IMG/VR virus record: IMGVR_UViG_3300048780_000186
Source of the DNA: an uncultured virus (IMG/VR IMGVR_UViG_3300048780_000186)
Taxonomy: Duplodnaviria > Heunggongvirae > Uroviricota > Caudoviricetes
Length of the DNA: 64,000 nucleotides
Direction: 5' to 3' (one strand)
Of this stretch, positions 18,176-27,994 are shown piece by piece. Positions within the stretch are counted from its first letter, which is position 1. Every line of letters starts with the position of its first letter. The notes beneath the pieces were generated by a model. That model had not been told where the DNA came from. It saw only the letters and a program-made list of their open reading frames with translations, and ran no database searches. The position numbers and the translations under genes are program-made.

Positions 18176-21084
18176 GACGCGCGCTCCTCTGCCAGTTCCA
18201 ACTCCGGCATATACACCATCTCGGTGTCGCCAAAGTCGTCCCTGATCTGAAGTGAAAGAGCTTCTTCCTCTTCGAGAACTCGCTGGGCGAAGAACTTTAC
18301 ATCGAAGTCCAGAGCGCGACGGTTCATGACCTTGCGGTCAAGCGCCTGTTCAGCGCCCACCATCTTGCTATAGAAGACTGTGTAGATATACTCGTCCAAA
18401 GAGTTCTGGGACAACATAAGGTAAACCTCGCAGTCACGGTCCCTTTCTGTGGGGGCCATGGTGCGAGACCATGCCTGACATTGCCAGGCCGGCGACCACA
18501 ACAGGTCGCAGCAGATGGTCACATCCGCACAGGAGACATCGATCGCCTCGCGCACGGAACGCGTGCCGGAAACCCAGACGTGGCGTTCCGGATCGTGAGC
18601 AAACAGCTCCATGGCTTCGACGCGCTTCTCGTCTCCCCAACTGGATGGCATCCTGATGGGGTTGTATGCGTGAAGCGCCTTCTCGACCTGGATCTGCATC
18701 TCGATGAAGTCCGAGAGGATGAAGACCTTCTTGCCTTGGGCAACGGAGTCCGCAACCAGGTTGACGATCTGGCGCATCTTGCCACCGCCCGGTGGCCCGT
18801 TGTAGACCTCATATCCGAACTTCTGATTGAGACGCTCCGGCGAGGTAGCGATGGTGCGCAGCGCGGACATCTTGGCGATGACCAGAGCCTTGTTGACCTC
18901 GTTTCCCTTTGCCTCGGCCTCCTCAACCATCTGTTCGAACTGCACCCGGAAGTCCCTGAGAGCCGCCAGCATCAGCCTTGCCTGCGCGGCAGCCATCGGG
19001 ACAATCGTCCGTTTGATCGACACAAGGGGCAGCTTCATGCCAGCTTCCAGCAGAGATTGCTGGAACAGCGGGTCAGAGTAGTTACGGCGAACGATCTTCG
19101 GCTGCATCGTTCTCCACCAGTCCGGAGGATTGATGAGGAACGGAGTGCGCTTTCTGATCGTCTTGGTGATCTCCACACCAGTCTCTTCGTCGATCTCCCC
19201 AGTCGGTTTCTCCAGGTAGACAAAGTCGCAGAACCGGTTCTCGAACTCCTTCTTGCCCTCGGCGCCCTGCCAAGGGAACTGAGGACAAGGCCGGGCAACG
19301 GCCCAGTGCAGCGGCCAGTACGCATCCAGCGGAGAGTTGGACAGCAGAGTGCCAGTCATGGCGATCCGCCGGCGAGAACGGAAGGAGTACATCGCGCGAG
19401 CATTCTGCGTGTTGTATTCCTTGGCGTTGTGGATCTCGTCTCCAACCACGGCCGAGTACAAGTCCTTCACTCGGCGATACCGCGGCGGAATCCAGGTGCC
19501 GTCTACGACGCCGCACTCCAAGCACATGCGGCCTTTGATGTGTTCGCCCGAGCACCGCGCATGGCGGGCCAGGGCTTCATCCACATAGGCACCAGGCTTG
19601 TGAGTGATAACCCGATCATCCTCAGCTGCCCAGGCAGCTCCGCGATGGGACAGGCTGTCATGAACGAGCTTGTGACCAGGCTTGCACCGGTTGTCCGTTG
19701 TCCAAGAGCAACCCTGATTCCGGCAGAGATACCCCTTGTCGGTCGTCCAGCCAACCTTGGTCGTAACCCCTTCCTCACTGAACAGCGGCCGTTCCAAGGG
19801 CGACTGGCAATGCGGGCAGGTATTGTGCTGGTAAACCGTGATCTCTTCCGGTTTGCAGGACCATTTAACGGTCCGGCGAACCTTCCGCTCCGACGCACGC
19901 AAGTAGTTCTCAAAGTTCTTTCGTGATCCCCGGCTGGGGTCCGTGTAGTCCTTGAGCCAATCGAGCGTGAAGAGGTAATACTTCCCATCCTTGTCCAGAT
20001 CCTCAAGCTTGTTCACAAAGACAAAGTTCTTCATACCCAGGCGCCGGAACTCCTTGCGCCAGGCCAGTCGAACATTCCTGGTGCCAACGATGCCTATCTT
20101 CTGGGAGCCCCAGAGTTCACAAATCGTAATGGCCTCGGAAGTCTTGCCCATTCGCATGAGCTTGCAGTTGATGACCCCGCGCTTGAGTGCCTCCAGGACA
20201 GCGTCCTTGCGGACGTGCTCAAAGAGAGGTAGCCTGTCGCCGGCCTCGACTGCCTTCTGCATATAGGAAAGCTTGGCGAGGCGGTCTTCCATCTGCTTGA
20301 CCCGGTCCGGATAGACCTGATCAATCGTCTTGCCGAAGTCCATGGTCTCGGTGTCGTCGAACCACTCTTCCATCGCAGGGTTGAACTCGGTCCAGCTGTG
20401 CAGTTTGCCCTTGCCGACCAAGTTCAGCTTTGCGTTGTGAGTGATCGCTTCCGTGCAGATCTGGATCTGATCGCAACCCTCGCTCTCACCAGTAGAGGCA
20501 ACGAGGTAGCGTGACCCCTTCTTGAAGAGGGCGGCGGTTGCACCGGCGGGCGCAAAGTTCTTGACACAGACCAGGGTAGTGCCAGGGCAGCATCGTCCGA
20601 AGAGGGACACGTCGTCCTTGACGATCGGGGAAGCCGGGTAGGGGAATTCCTCCAGCACGCGGCGCCGATGCTCTTTCAGGATGTAGCCCTTCAATGTCGA
20701 AGATGTACCGACCTCAACACCATAGGACCGGAGCATGTCGCAGAGGGGATGCTTGTTGACATCGCCTCCGAGGTGTTTCCACAATTCGACACGGCCCCAA
20801 CCGGACACCTGTTTGTGCCTATGGGTCTTCACTACGCCGTTGGCGACGGGCATCTCAACCGTCTCTTCTTCAACGAAGCCGAAGAAGGACGTGAGGTGCA
20901 TTTTGTTGCACTCCATACGGATCTTCAGCTCGCGTAGGATGTCGGCTGCGGCTAAATCGTTGGGTTTGAATAGCAGATACTTGCCATTCTTGTGAAGGGT
21001 GACACTGGGCTTCGACAAATCCAGGATGACTGGAAAGTCAAATGCCAGTGTGTGAACTAATTGCTTTGCACTCGGCCTTCTCAT
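18172..21084 (-). CDS. SNF2-like (SF2) helicase/ATPase with Cys-rich insertion
   Basis: MRMGKT, GDEIH, AMTGTLLSN, DLLWSPAWQCQAWSR. Confidence 0.85.
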   Translation of the reverse strand: MRRPSAKQLVHTLAFDFPVILDLSKPSVTLHKNGKYLLFKPNDLAAADILRELKIRMECNKMHLTSFFGFVEEETVEMPVANGVVKTHRHKQVSGWGRVELWKHLGGDVNKHPLCDMLRSYGVEVGTSSTLKGYILKEHRRRVLEEFPYPASPIVKDDVSLFGRCCPGTTLVCVKNFAPAGATAALFKKGSRYLVASTGESEGCDQIQICTEAITHNAKLNLVGKGKLHSWTEFNPAMEEWFDDTETMDFGKTIDQVYPDRVKQMEDRLAKLSYMQKAVEAGDRLPLFEHVRKDAVLEALKRGVINCKLMRMGKTSEAITICELWGSQKIGIVGTRNVRLAWRKEFRRLGMKNFVFVNKLEDLDKDGKYYLFTLDWLKDYTDPSRGSRKNFENYLRASERKVRRTVKWSCKPEEITVYQHNTCPHCQSPLERPLFSEEGVTTKVGWTTDKGYLCRNQGCSWTTDNRCKPGHKLVHDSLSHRGAAWAAEDDRVITHKPGAYVDEALARHARCSGEHIKGRMCLECGVVDGTWIPPRYRRVKDLYSAVVGDEIHNAKEYNTQNARAMYSFRSRRRIAMTGTLLSNSPLDAYWPLHWAVARPCPQFPWQGAEGKKEFENRFCDFVYLEKPTGEIDEETGVEITKTIRKRTPFLINPPDWWRTMQPKIVRRNYSDPLFQQSLLEAGMKLPLVSIKRTIVPMAAAQARLMLAALRDFRVQFEQMVEEAEAKGNEVNKALVIAKMSALRTIATSPERLNQKFGYEVYNGPPGGGKMRQIVNLVADSVAQGKKVFILSDFIEMQIQVEKALHAYNPIRMPSSWGDEKRVEAMELFAHDPERHVWVSGTRSVREAIDVSCADVTICCDLLWSPAWQCQAWSRTMAPTERDRDCEVYLMLSQNSLDEYIYTVFYSKMVGAEQALDRKVMNRRALDFDVKFFAQRVLEEEEALSLQIRDDFGDTEMVYMPELELAEERAS

Positions 21085-21171
21085 CCTAAGTCTCCGCCCA
21101 TGACGGGGAGAAGCTTGACCTTGAAAGGCAGCTTCACTCCCCGTGTGGCCTGGTAATAGAGGAACCCTGAA

Positions 21172-21990
21172 TCAAGCAGACAGCCCAACAGCACAACACC
21201 CAGCACTGTCAGCAGACTCAGGAGAATTGGTTTCCAAACAAGCAAAGAGATCTCCTTTAGTTGGCTGGGCTTGCCTCACAGCCGGCTTCTTCTCGCAGAT
21301 GCGTATTCGTCTGCCGCGAACACAGTGACCTGCAGGCGATCCCGTAGGCCTTCTCCGCCTCCTTGGCTGGTAACTGATCAGGTGGCAAAGGTCTACTGGA
21401 TTGATAGTTGGATCGGTCAGAATATCTTCCGGAGACTGGCTCAAAAGCTTGAGCGGAATCGTTTCCTTGTGAAGAATGTTCCGTGACAGCGAAGGGCTGT
21501 TCATCAGGGCGATGAACTCATCGACCTGTTCCTGGCTCTTCTGGATTCTCTTGCGCCGTTCGGCTCGAAGAGCAGCGATGAAGTCCTCGAACTCCATCGG
21601 CATCTCCATGAGCCCCCACAAATAATCCGCACAGCCCATACGAAGTTGGTCGTCCGTCAACGCCTGCGCGCGCGTCACCCGCCTGCCAAGATACTCATCA
21701 AAGTAGGTCGTTCGCATGAGACGTGCGCCTTGCCACGTCTCCGGCTTGGAAGCCCTGACTCTCAAGAGAAACTCACTCGCGTAAAAGAACTGGTCCAGAC
21801 TGGTGCCGTTCTGCGCTGCGAGGGCGTAGTTGACATAGTTGTTGCAGTCGTCCAGAAACATCTTGCAAATCATCGTGCGTTCACCTGGAACGTCCGAGAA
21901 GACGTCAATGAGCAAGCCGCCAAGAATCGACGGTCCCTGAAGATTGCACTTGTCCAGCCTGTCGTATCCGCCGAACGGGTTCTTGCTCAT
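21172..21990 (-). CDS. hypothetical protein
   Basis: About 270-aa ORF from MSKNPF. Confidence 0.65.
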   Translation of the reverse strand: MSKNPFGGYDRLDKCNLQGPSILGGLLIDVFSDVPGERTMICKMFLDDCNNYVNYALAAQNGTSLDQFFYASEFLLRVRASKPETWQGARLMRTTYFDEYLGRRVTRAQALTDDQLRMGCADYLWGLMEMPMEFEDFIAALRAERRKRIQKSQEQVDEFIALMNSPSLSRNILHKETIPLKLLSQSPEDILTDPTINPVDLCHLISYQPRRRRRPTGSPAGHCVRGRRIRICEKKPAVRQAQPTKGDLFACLETNSPESADSAGCCAVGLSA

Positions 21991-21997
21991 TCCCGCC

Positions 21998-22309
21998 TTA
22001 TGATTCCCCACTGGTATCCCTTTCTCGAGGTAAAAACACCACACGGTAACGCTGCTGGAAGACGGATTGGGGTTGCCCGAACCGCCAGCGCCGATGTGGC
22101 CGCTGGCCGCGCTCTACAACCCGGAAGGTTCCGAAAGGCAGTTCAACATCCTCGTGTCGCTTCAAAGCAGCCTTGATTTCATCGAAGATCAAATTCACGA
22201 TCTTCCTAGCTGCCCTGTAACTACACCCTCGGCTGACAAGTACCAAAGCCAGGGGATTGTTTCGGCCAATCCCCTGCTTGACAGGCTTCCGCTTTACGCT
22301 TTGGCCCAT
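21998..22309 (-). CDS. HU/IHF-like DNA-binding protein
   Basis: ARKIVNLIFDEIKAALKRHEDVELPFGTFRV...VVF. Confidence 0.7.
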   Translation of the reverse strand: MGQSVKRKPVKQGIGRNNPLALVLVSRGCSYRAARKIVNLIFDEIKAALKRHEDVELPFGTFRVVERGQRPHRRWRFGQPQSVFQQRYRVVFLPRERDTSGES

Positions 22310-23244
22310 ATCTCTGCCTCGACAACTTCAACTCCCCAGTCATGCTTCTCTGGACCCAGGGCAATCCAGCCAGGCTCACCAAACTTCGGAACGATCTGGT
22401 GGTAGGCATCGTTCATGCACTTGGCCATGATGGCCTTGACCGCCGGAATGTCTTTCTCCGCGCAGACCATAACGATCTCGTCATGAACAACGAGGAGGAA
22501 TCGGACGTCGTACAACTTCTTGCCTACGAAGGAACCGCCGCGGACCGCCAGGTAGATGTTTCGCATTGCGACCTTGAGGATGTCGGCATTCCCTGCCTGG
22601 ATCGGCATGTTGCCGGCCCACCTCTTGATCTGTGCGATCAGCTCCTTGGCATCTTCAGCGTCATCGGCGGGCAGCGTATAGAACCGCTTCCTGCCTCTGG
22701 GGCTGCAGCTGTAGCCGAGTTCGACTGCCAGCAGGCCCTGACGTTCCAGCCACTGCTTCAGCACCTTGAAGGTGCCAAAGAACTCCTCGATGAATGCTTT
22801 GGCTTCATCGATGCTCATGCCGGTCATCAGCGCCACACGAGTCGGGCCGGCGCCGTAGGGCACGCCGAAGGTCACCGTCTTGATGCGGGAGCGGATCAGC
22901 GACAGTTCGTTGTGGCGAGGATGGCTCTCGGAGTGACGAGCCAGTTCCATTTCCTCGTAGGTGAACTTGTAGCGGGCGCCGAATACCTTCGTTGCATTGA
23001 AGCTGTGAACATCCTGCCCGGAGTTGATGGCCGCAATCAGAATTGGATCTCCCGATGCGTGGGCCATCAGCTTCACTTCAATCTGTGAGTAATCGGCCGC
23101 CAGGATCTTGTACCCGGGTTCCGCACGAATCGCAGACCGTGGATCAGGGACTGACCATTCCAGACTGTCCGTCTGGAAGTTCCAGTAATAGGTCTTGTCC
23201 CCGACCATACCGAGTACAGCTCTGGCTTGAGTTGTTGCGCCCAT
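22294..23244 (-). CDS. family A DNA polymerase, C-terminal palm/fingers subunit
   Basis: Motif A ADYSQIE, motif B RSRIKTVTFGVPYG, NMPIQAGNADILK, motif C VHDEIV; start MGATTQ (TAATG coupling). Confidence 0.9.
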   Translation of the reverse strand: MGATTQARAVLGMVGDKTYYWNFQTDSLEWSVPDPRSAIRAEPGYKILAADYSQIEVKLMAHASGDPILIAAINSGQDVHSFNATKVFGARYKFTYEEMELARHSESHPRHNELSLIRSRIKTVTFGVPYGAGPTRVALMTGMSIDEAKAFIEEFFGTFKVLKQWLERQGLLAVELGYSCSPRGRKRFYTLPADDAEDAKELIAQIKRWAGNMPIQAGNADILKVAMRNIYLAVRGGSFVGKKLYDVRFLLVVHDEIVMVCAEKDIPAVKAIMAKCMNDAYHQIVPKFGEPGWIALGPEKHDWGVEVVEAEIWAKA

Positions 23245-23423
23245 TACACCTCCGGTTGGCCTTCCATATCGGAGCAAAGGGAACGTATGTCGAACGCCCA
23301 TTCCCAATACCCTGCACGGGTTTCACCAGCGGCAACCTCCCTTTGCCACTCAGCAAAGGGATGCTCTGGGTCTTCGTCGTTCCAATAGTCCTGGCCGTCA
23401 GGTGGCACGTTCGTTGATTGCAC
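23244..23423 (-). CDS. 59-aa hypothetical protein (HP..W..EV..TR..YWEW type)
   Basis: Translated by hand: VQSTNVPPDGQDYWNDEDPEHPFAEWQREVAAGETRAGYWEWAFD...; stop overlaps next ATG. Confidence 0.65.
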   Translation of the reverse strand: MQSTNVPPDGQDYWNDEDPEHPFAEWQREVAAGETRAGYWEWAFDIRSLCSDMEGQPEV

Positions 23424-23426
23424 GGT

Positions 23427-23861
23427 TTACGCCTCCGGCTCTTCGTCTCCGCCGCGGTAGAGATCGTCTCCGCCGTTTTCATCCACTTGCCGGGCAGCCT
23501 GCTCCAGCTGCGCACGGTTGACCTTCATGGCATTGCGCATGTCGCCTTCACTGAACGGGCATTCAAAGACAACTTCTCCGTTGTCGCGGAACGCCGCCCA
23601 CACGGGCTCCCTGTTAATTGGGTCCAGATGCTTGCCGGCTTCCTGCATCAGCTTGATGAAGCCGATCTCGGCCTCAGCCGTGGCGATCTGCCGGTTACGG
23701 TCGGCAATGGCCGACTGCCGGGCAGCGGCGACGGCCAGCTCGCGCTGCACCTGAACGCCTTCAAACCGCATTTCGAGATCGGACCGGACTTCCGGGTCCT
23801 GTATCTCGGATAACCGCAACCGCAAGGGCTTGAAAGCCCGGCGTCTGTTGTCTTGACTCAT
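23427..23861 (-). CDS. hypothetical protein
   Basis: 144 aa, ATGA coupling. Confidence 0.7.
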   Translation of the reverse strand: MSQDNRRRAFKPLRLRLSEIQDPEVRSDLEMRFEGVQVQRELAVAAARQSAIADRNRQIATAEAEIGFIKLMQEAGKHLDPINREPVWAAFRDNGEVVFECPFSEGDMRNAMKVNRAQLEQAARQVDENGGDDLYRGGDEEPEA

Positions 23862-24028
23862 AGTTTGTTCTCCAGATCCATCGCCAGATTGCGCGCCAGA
23901 TTCTCGTCAAATTGACTGTCAGGGTTGATGATCTCCAGGGCAGACTTGACCAGCCCGGCAGTCCTCTCATTCATGACAAGGACCAGCTGGTCGTTATGCT
24001 TGGCGATCGTGTAGTTCGCTTTGCTCAT
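23858..24028 (-). CDS. 56-aa hypothetical protein
   Basis: MSKANYTIAKHNDQLVLVMNERTAG...; ATGA overlaps at both ends. Confidence 0.6.
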   Translation of the reverse strand: MSKANYTIAKHNDQLVLVMNERTAGLVKSALEIINPDSQFDENLARNLAMDLENKL

Positions 24029-25425
24029 GCAGCCTCCTGCAACTGCGCCTGTTCGGCCTTCATCGCCGCGATCTTGTCAGCGAAGACTGCCATGACATGG
24101 TTGATTTCATCCGGCTTGCGAACCGGAGCAAACAACTCCTTCGGCTTCGGAAACTGTTGGGCATCAGAGCTGAATCGGCCGGTAGCAATGGTCGATTTGT
24201 CCTCGCCCCCGCTCTTACGGCCTTCCTCTTCTCCCGATCCCAACTGCTTGAAGCGAGGGTGCCATCTGTTGGTGTTGGGATTGATCCTGTCCACCATGTT
24301 CTTGCCATAGGTGGTCGTCATCTTCGTGACATTGGAGAACTCGGCCAACAGTTTGGCCAGCTTCCGTTGCCGCGGGGAGAAGTCCTTTTCGTTCTTCGAG
24401 ACTTCCTTCAGCGACTCACGCTTGATGTTGTCCAGATCAATGTCGATCTCGCGGAGGGCGGACAGCTTGTCTGCGTTCGACTTGAGGTTGAAGACGTAGG
24501 TCAGCTCAGGGATGAGCGTCTCGGCCAGGTCGCCTTGCTCACGCTTCTCTTCGCCGAAGACATTGAAGATCTCGTTGGCTACGTCGATCTCGTGTTGTTC
24601 CCAATACTCGATGATCTGGCGCATGATCGGCAGGCTCAGAGTGACGCCCTCGATCTCCATCTCCGCAGTTGGGTAGATGACATCGAACTCGTCTTGCGCC
24701 ACAGTGGTCAGCTGCCAATGCTTCAGCATCCTGGCCTGGTCGCGCATCAAAGGAAACATCAGAACGATGTCGCGGGCCGAGTAGTAGGCCATCTCGCGGG
24801 TCATCTTCCGGCCGTCATGATCCAGTGTGATGAAACTGTCACGGACGGCCTTGTTGATCAGCCAGAACGGCGCATGCCGGCGGCTGCAATCAGCCAGACC
24901 AACCTTCATGGCCAGCAGGCCAGCAACCAGGAGCTGCTCGGCCAGCATGGAACAGAAGATGCGCTGCATATGAATGCCGTATTTCACCAGCAGCCATTTG
25001 AAGTCGTAGATCGCGTTATGCAGCAGATGAAGAAAGCAGGCAGACTCCAACCACTCCTTGAACTCGACAACGAGTTCAGGCTGGATCAGATACACCATGT
25101 CCTCATTGCCGATCTGGAACAACACCATCCGTGTGTCCGGATTCACCGGATTCATCGAATAGTATTTGTCGCCCTTGACGACGCGACCTGTGGTTTCGGT
25201 GTCAATGCCGTGAACTGGAAGCTTGTTCAGGGTCCGTTTGATCTCCGCCAGATCGCCTGACGATGAAACAGGAATGATCTGATCGGAGTCCCATGCGCCC
25301 GGATCCCATGCTCCTTGCAACCAGTCATGTGTTCCCACGATCTTGTACGCCACTGGCACATGCATCTCCAATGGAGTACAGACTGGTCCTCTAGCACGGC
25401 CGCCAATGCGCGCTCCTTTTGCCAT
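24025..25425 (-). CDS. family A DNA polymerase, N-terminal 3'-5' exonuclease/thumb subunit
   Basis: GIDTETTG, HNAIYD, YSARD, FNLKS, TIATGRFSSDAQQFP. Confidence 0.9.
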   Translation of the reverse strand: MAKGARIGGRARGPVCTPLEMHVPVAYKIVGTHDWLQGAWDPGAWDSDQIIPVSSSGDLAEIKRTLNKLPVHGIDTETTGRVVKGDKYYSMNPVNPDTRMVLFQIGNEDMVYLIQPELVVEFKEWLESACFLHLLHNAIYDFKWLLVKYGIHMQRIFCSMLAEQLLVAGLLAMKVGLADCSRRHAPFWLINKAVRDSFITLDHDGRKMTREMAYYSARDIVLMFPLMRDQARMLKHWQLTTVAQDEFDVIYPTAEMEIEGVTLSLPIMRQIIEYWEQHEIDVANEIFNVFGEEKREQGDLAETLIPELTYVFNLKSNADKLSALREIDIDLDNIKRESLKEVSKNEKDFSPRQRKLAKLLAEFSNVTKMTTTYGKNMVDRINPNTNRWHPRFKQLGSGEEEGRKSGGEDKSTIATGRFSSDAQQFPKPKELFAPVRKPDEINHVMAVFADKIAAMKAEQAQLQEAA

Positions 25426-26207
25426 TACGCTGCCTCGTATGCCGAACTAACTGTATGTTTGCCGATCCGGCGCAATACCTCGGTGAGAATGGGCATGGAA
25501 AGATCGCCCGGTGTCATGTGGTCCCAAACATCCACGATGAAGGTGCGAGGAAGGGCCTGCAGATAGTGCAGGTAGGCGTCCTGGATGCGCCGTTGGTCTT
25601 CGACGTTGTTCCATGCCTTGCCGTCCTGCTTGCCCGCCTCAGAGCCTTGGCGGGCCTTCCCACGGGCCAGAGCCCAGGAGATGTCCTCGCGCATGGGACC
25701 AGCGATGCTGATCTCGCCTGATGAATCCAGGTTCGCGTGACTTGGCACCAGGACTTGCTTGCCGCGGGCAATCAAAAGAACGGTCATATCCGGGATGATG
25801 CCGTACTGCTGCTCGAACAAATCCATCACCCACTGAGGACAATTCTTGCTGGCCGAGGCGTTGTAGGCCCATTGCGAATCGGCATACCGATCCGAGACGA
25901 CGATCCTGCCGGCGCTGACAGCCTCTTCGATGTCGCCGGCGGTCTGGATATGGTCAGCCAGAAACAGCAGATCAGCCACACCTGGCCGCATCTTCAGGGT
26001 TGTCGGGTCTTTGAAGACCAGGTTGCGGACGCCGGCGCCAACATTGGAGCCGGTGTTTCGGTCGCCTGGCTCCTTGGTAAGGAGCACGTCATAGCCGGAC
26101 TGGTCGAGGTTCTCAACCAGCTTCTTGGCCTGCGTCGTCTTGCCCAGACCATCGATGCTCTCGAAAGAGATGAAGAAACCGCGTTCGCCCTTCAGGATCA
26201 GAACCAT
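25425..26207 (-). CDS. tmk: thymidylate kinase
   Basis: FISFESIDGLGKTTQ, TKEPG, VSDRYADS. Confidence 0.9.
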   Translation of the reverse strand: MVLILKGERGFFISFESIDGLGKTTQAKKLVENLDQSGYDVLLTKEPGDRNTGSNVGAGVRNLVFKDPTTLKMRPGVADLLFLADHIQTAGDIEEAVSAGRIVVSDRYADSQWAYNASASKNCPQWVMDLFEQQYGIIPDMTVLLIARGKQVLVPSHANLDSSGEISIAGPMREDISWALARGKARQGSEAGKQDGKAWNNVEDQRRIQDAYLHYLQALPRTFIVDVWDHMTPGDLSMPILTEVLRRIGKHTVSSAYEAA

Positions 26208-26704
26208 TAGGCTGCCGCCTTGTTGGAAAGATTCTGCAGGTACTGATCGACCTGCTGGGCCAGCACGCCATCAACGGCAGCCGGTGAATAGGTGCTGGGC
26301 TTAATGACTTTGCCATCTTCCCGCTTGTGAATGGCGCCATCAGGCCAGACCTTGGACAGGTTGCTCCGCTGGATCTCGTCCCAGATGGGTTCCACCTGGA
26401 TACCGAGAGCATTTGCGGCGCCGTAGGTGACCACCAAAGTGTCACCGATCGCGTCGGCCATCTCGACCAGGTTTGGCTCGGCCGTTTCGTCGATGACCAC
26501 ATAGGGGCCGATCCCTTTGTCCAACAACGGAACGGAACAACCTGCAGCCTCGACAAACTCCATGGCTTCTTCAAAGATCAGCCGGGCCCGCAGCAGCAAC
26601 GTCACCCGGTCGGGAATGCTCGGGAACTCCCGAACCTCCTGGTCATACAACTTCATCAGCTCCGCGATGTCCTGCTGAGGCTGGTAAACAGTTTCACCAA
26701 TCAT
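26207..26704 (-). CDS. MazG-like / PRA-PH NTP pyrophosphohydrolase
   Basis: RARLIFEEAMEF, EMADAIGDTLVVTYG, EIQRSNLSK...REDGKVIKP. Confidence 0.85.
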   Translation of the reverse strand: MIGETVYQPQQDIAELMKLYDQEVREFPSIPDRVTLLLRARLIFEEAMEFVEAAGCSVPLLDKGIGPYVVIDETAEPNLVEMADAIGDTLVVTYGAANALGIQVEPIWDEIQRSNLSKVWPDGAIHKREDGKVIKPSTYSPAAVDGVLAQQVDQYLQNLSNKAAA

Positions 26705-26712
26705 GCCTGCTC

Positions 26713-27000
26713 CTACTCCGTGATGATCTTGATCGTTGCTTTGTGGTCAACGGTGACCGCTTGTGTGACCCCAACTACGGGATCGATCTCGACTGTGTGT
26801 TCTCCGTCAAACTGCCAGTCCACACACTCATCGTTGTCGCCGTCATACCAGTCTTCTTCGTGACCTTCCGCACCATCTTCGAAGCCACGGACGACTTGTT
26901 CGGCAGCTTCCTGCGCCGAGGAAGCTTCGACTGACTGGATGATGGTGTAGATTTCCTGTGAACCGTCTAAGAGGGCTCCGACTCGCACGTCATAAATCAT
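26713..27000 (-). CDS. acidic hypothetical protein
   Basis: VEASSAQEAAE motif typical of small phage proteins. Confidence 0.6.
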   Translation of the reverse strand: MIYDVRVGALLDGSQEIYTIIQSVEASSAQEAAEQVVRGFEDGAEGHEEDWYDGDNDECVDWQFDGEHTVEIDPVVGVTQAVTVDHKATIKIITE

Positions 27001-27007
27001 TTGGGTC

Positions 27008-27268
27008 CTATTTCTGCAGCTTGGAGTAATCAACCACCGGAAGAGTCGCCAGCTCGTCTCGGTGAATCACCAGAGTCACGATCTCGCAATCTCCGTAGGG
27101 ATAATGCTCCTGATACCGCTTGAACTGTTGGTTGACCATGACGACGTGGTTCTTCAAAGAACCCGGTCTGGTCCATATCTTGCCGACCGTGTTGAAGCTC
27201 GGCCAGGTTCCGCCCGTGGAGTAAAGCCCATCCGACTTCCGCCGGATCTGATACATCTTGTCAGCCAT
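27008..27268 (-). CDS. hypothetical protein
   Basis: GLYSTGG..P...GKIW. Confidence 0.65.
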   Translation of the reverse strand: MADKMYQIRRKSDGLYSTGGTWPSFNTVGKIWTRPGSLKNHVVMVNQQFKRYQEHYPYGDCEIVTLVIHRDELATLPVVDYSKLQK

Positions 27269-27672
27269 CAACCCTCCTGACGAGTCCAAGTGCGCAGGAC
27301 GCCATCGGCGGCGCACCAGGCTTGGAAGAGAGCTGTCACCCGTTCCTCGATTGAACGATCGGACTGGTCGATGACCACACCCTCCTGGGTAAACATCAGG
27401 CCGTAGGTGCGAAGCAGGCTCTGAACGAGCCCCATCTGCAGTCCCATGCCAGACTTCTGGAGAGTCCCCAGAATCAAGCCGGCATCGGTGAGGAAGATCT
27501 TCTTGCGCTTCCCGCGCGTGTAAGCGTAGAAAGCAAACGGACTTCCGTTCCGGTCCCTGAACTGGGTCGTGATCTTGATGAGATTGCCCATACCGGACGC
27601 AGGTTCGAGCTCGACCTTGGAAGCTGCATTCTGCAAGGCTTCCATAACATGCTTCATATCTTGTGGGTTCAT
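27268..27672 (-). CDS. DUF1828-like protein
   Basis: ITTQFRDRNG...FLTDAG. Confidence 0.55.
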   Translation of the reverse strand: MNPQDMKHVMEALQNAASKVELEPASGMGNLIKITTQFRDRNGSPFAFYAYTRGKRKKIFLTDAGLILGTLQKSGMGLQMGLVQSLLRTYGLMFTQEGVVIDQSDRSIEERVTALFQAWCAADGVLRTWTRQEG

Positions 27673-27911
27673 CTTTCGAGTGGCAGGACTTCCTGAATGT
27701 TCAGTTCTGCTTCCCCTGTCTTGAAGGCATGGAGGATCTGGTGAGCAACACCACTCGGCGCGGCAAAACGGAGGGTGACAACCCGAATGTCCGAGCCATC
27801 CCGTGGCTTGGAGATCTCAGAATCGGCCACGATCTCTTTGCTGTTGAACAGTGGAATGCCATTCCGATAGATAGCGTTGACGAGCAAGCGAACTTTGTCG
27901 CTGAGTGCCAT
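27669..27911 (-). CDS. hypothetical protein
   Basis: 80 aa, GGAGG RBS. Confidence 0.6.
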   Translation of the reverse strand: MALSDKVRLLVNAIYRNGIPLFNSKEIVADSEISKPRDGSDIRVVTLRFAAPSGVAHQILHAFKTGEAELNIQEVLPLER

Positions 27912-27994
27912 TGTTGTTCACCTCCCAGGTGAGATTTCGAGTTTGAATGGGCCCAGTATGTCCCGAGCCCATCCAACTACCAAATGTTCAGAGT

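Noticed and set aside
23244..24028. Group I/II intron or split intein interrupting the polymerase
   Set aside because: No intein terminal motifs, homing endonuclease or RT are visible, and the gap is filled by coupled ORFs. Splicing is not formally excluded.
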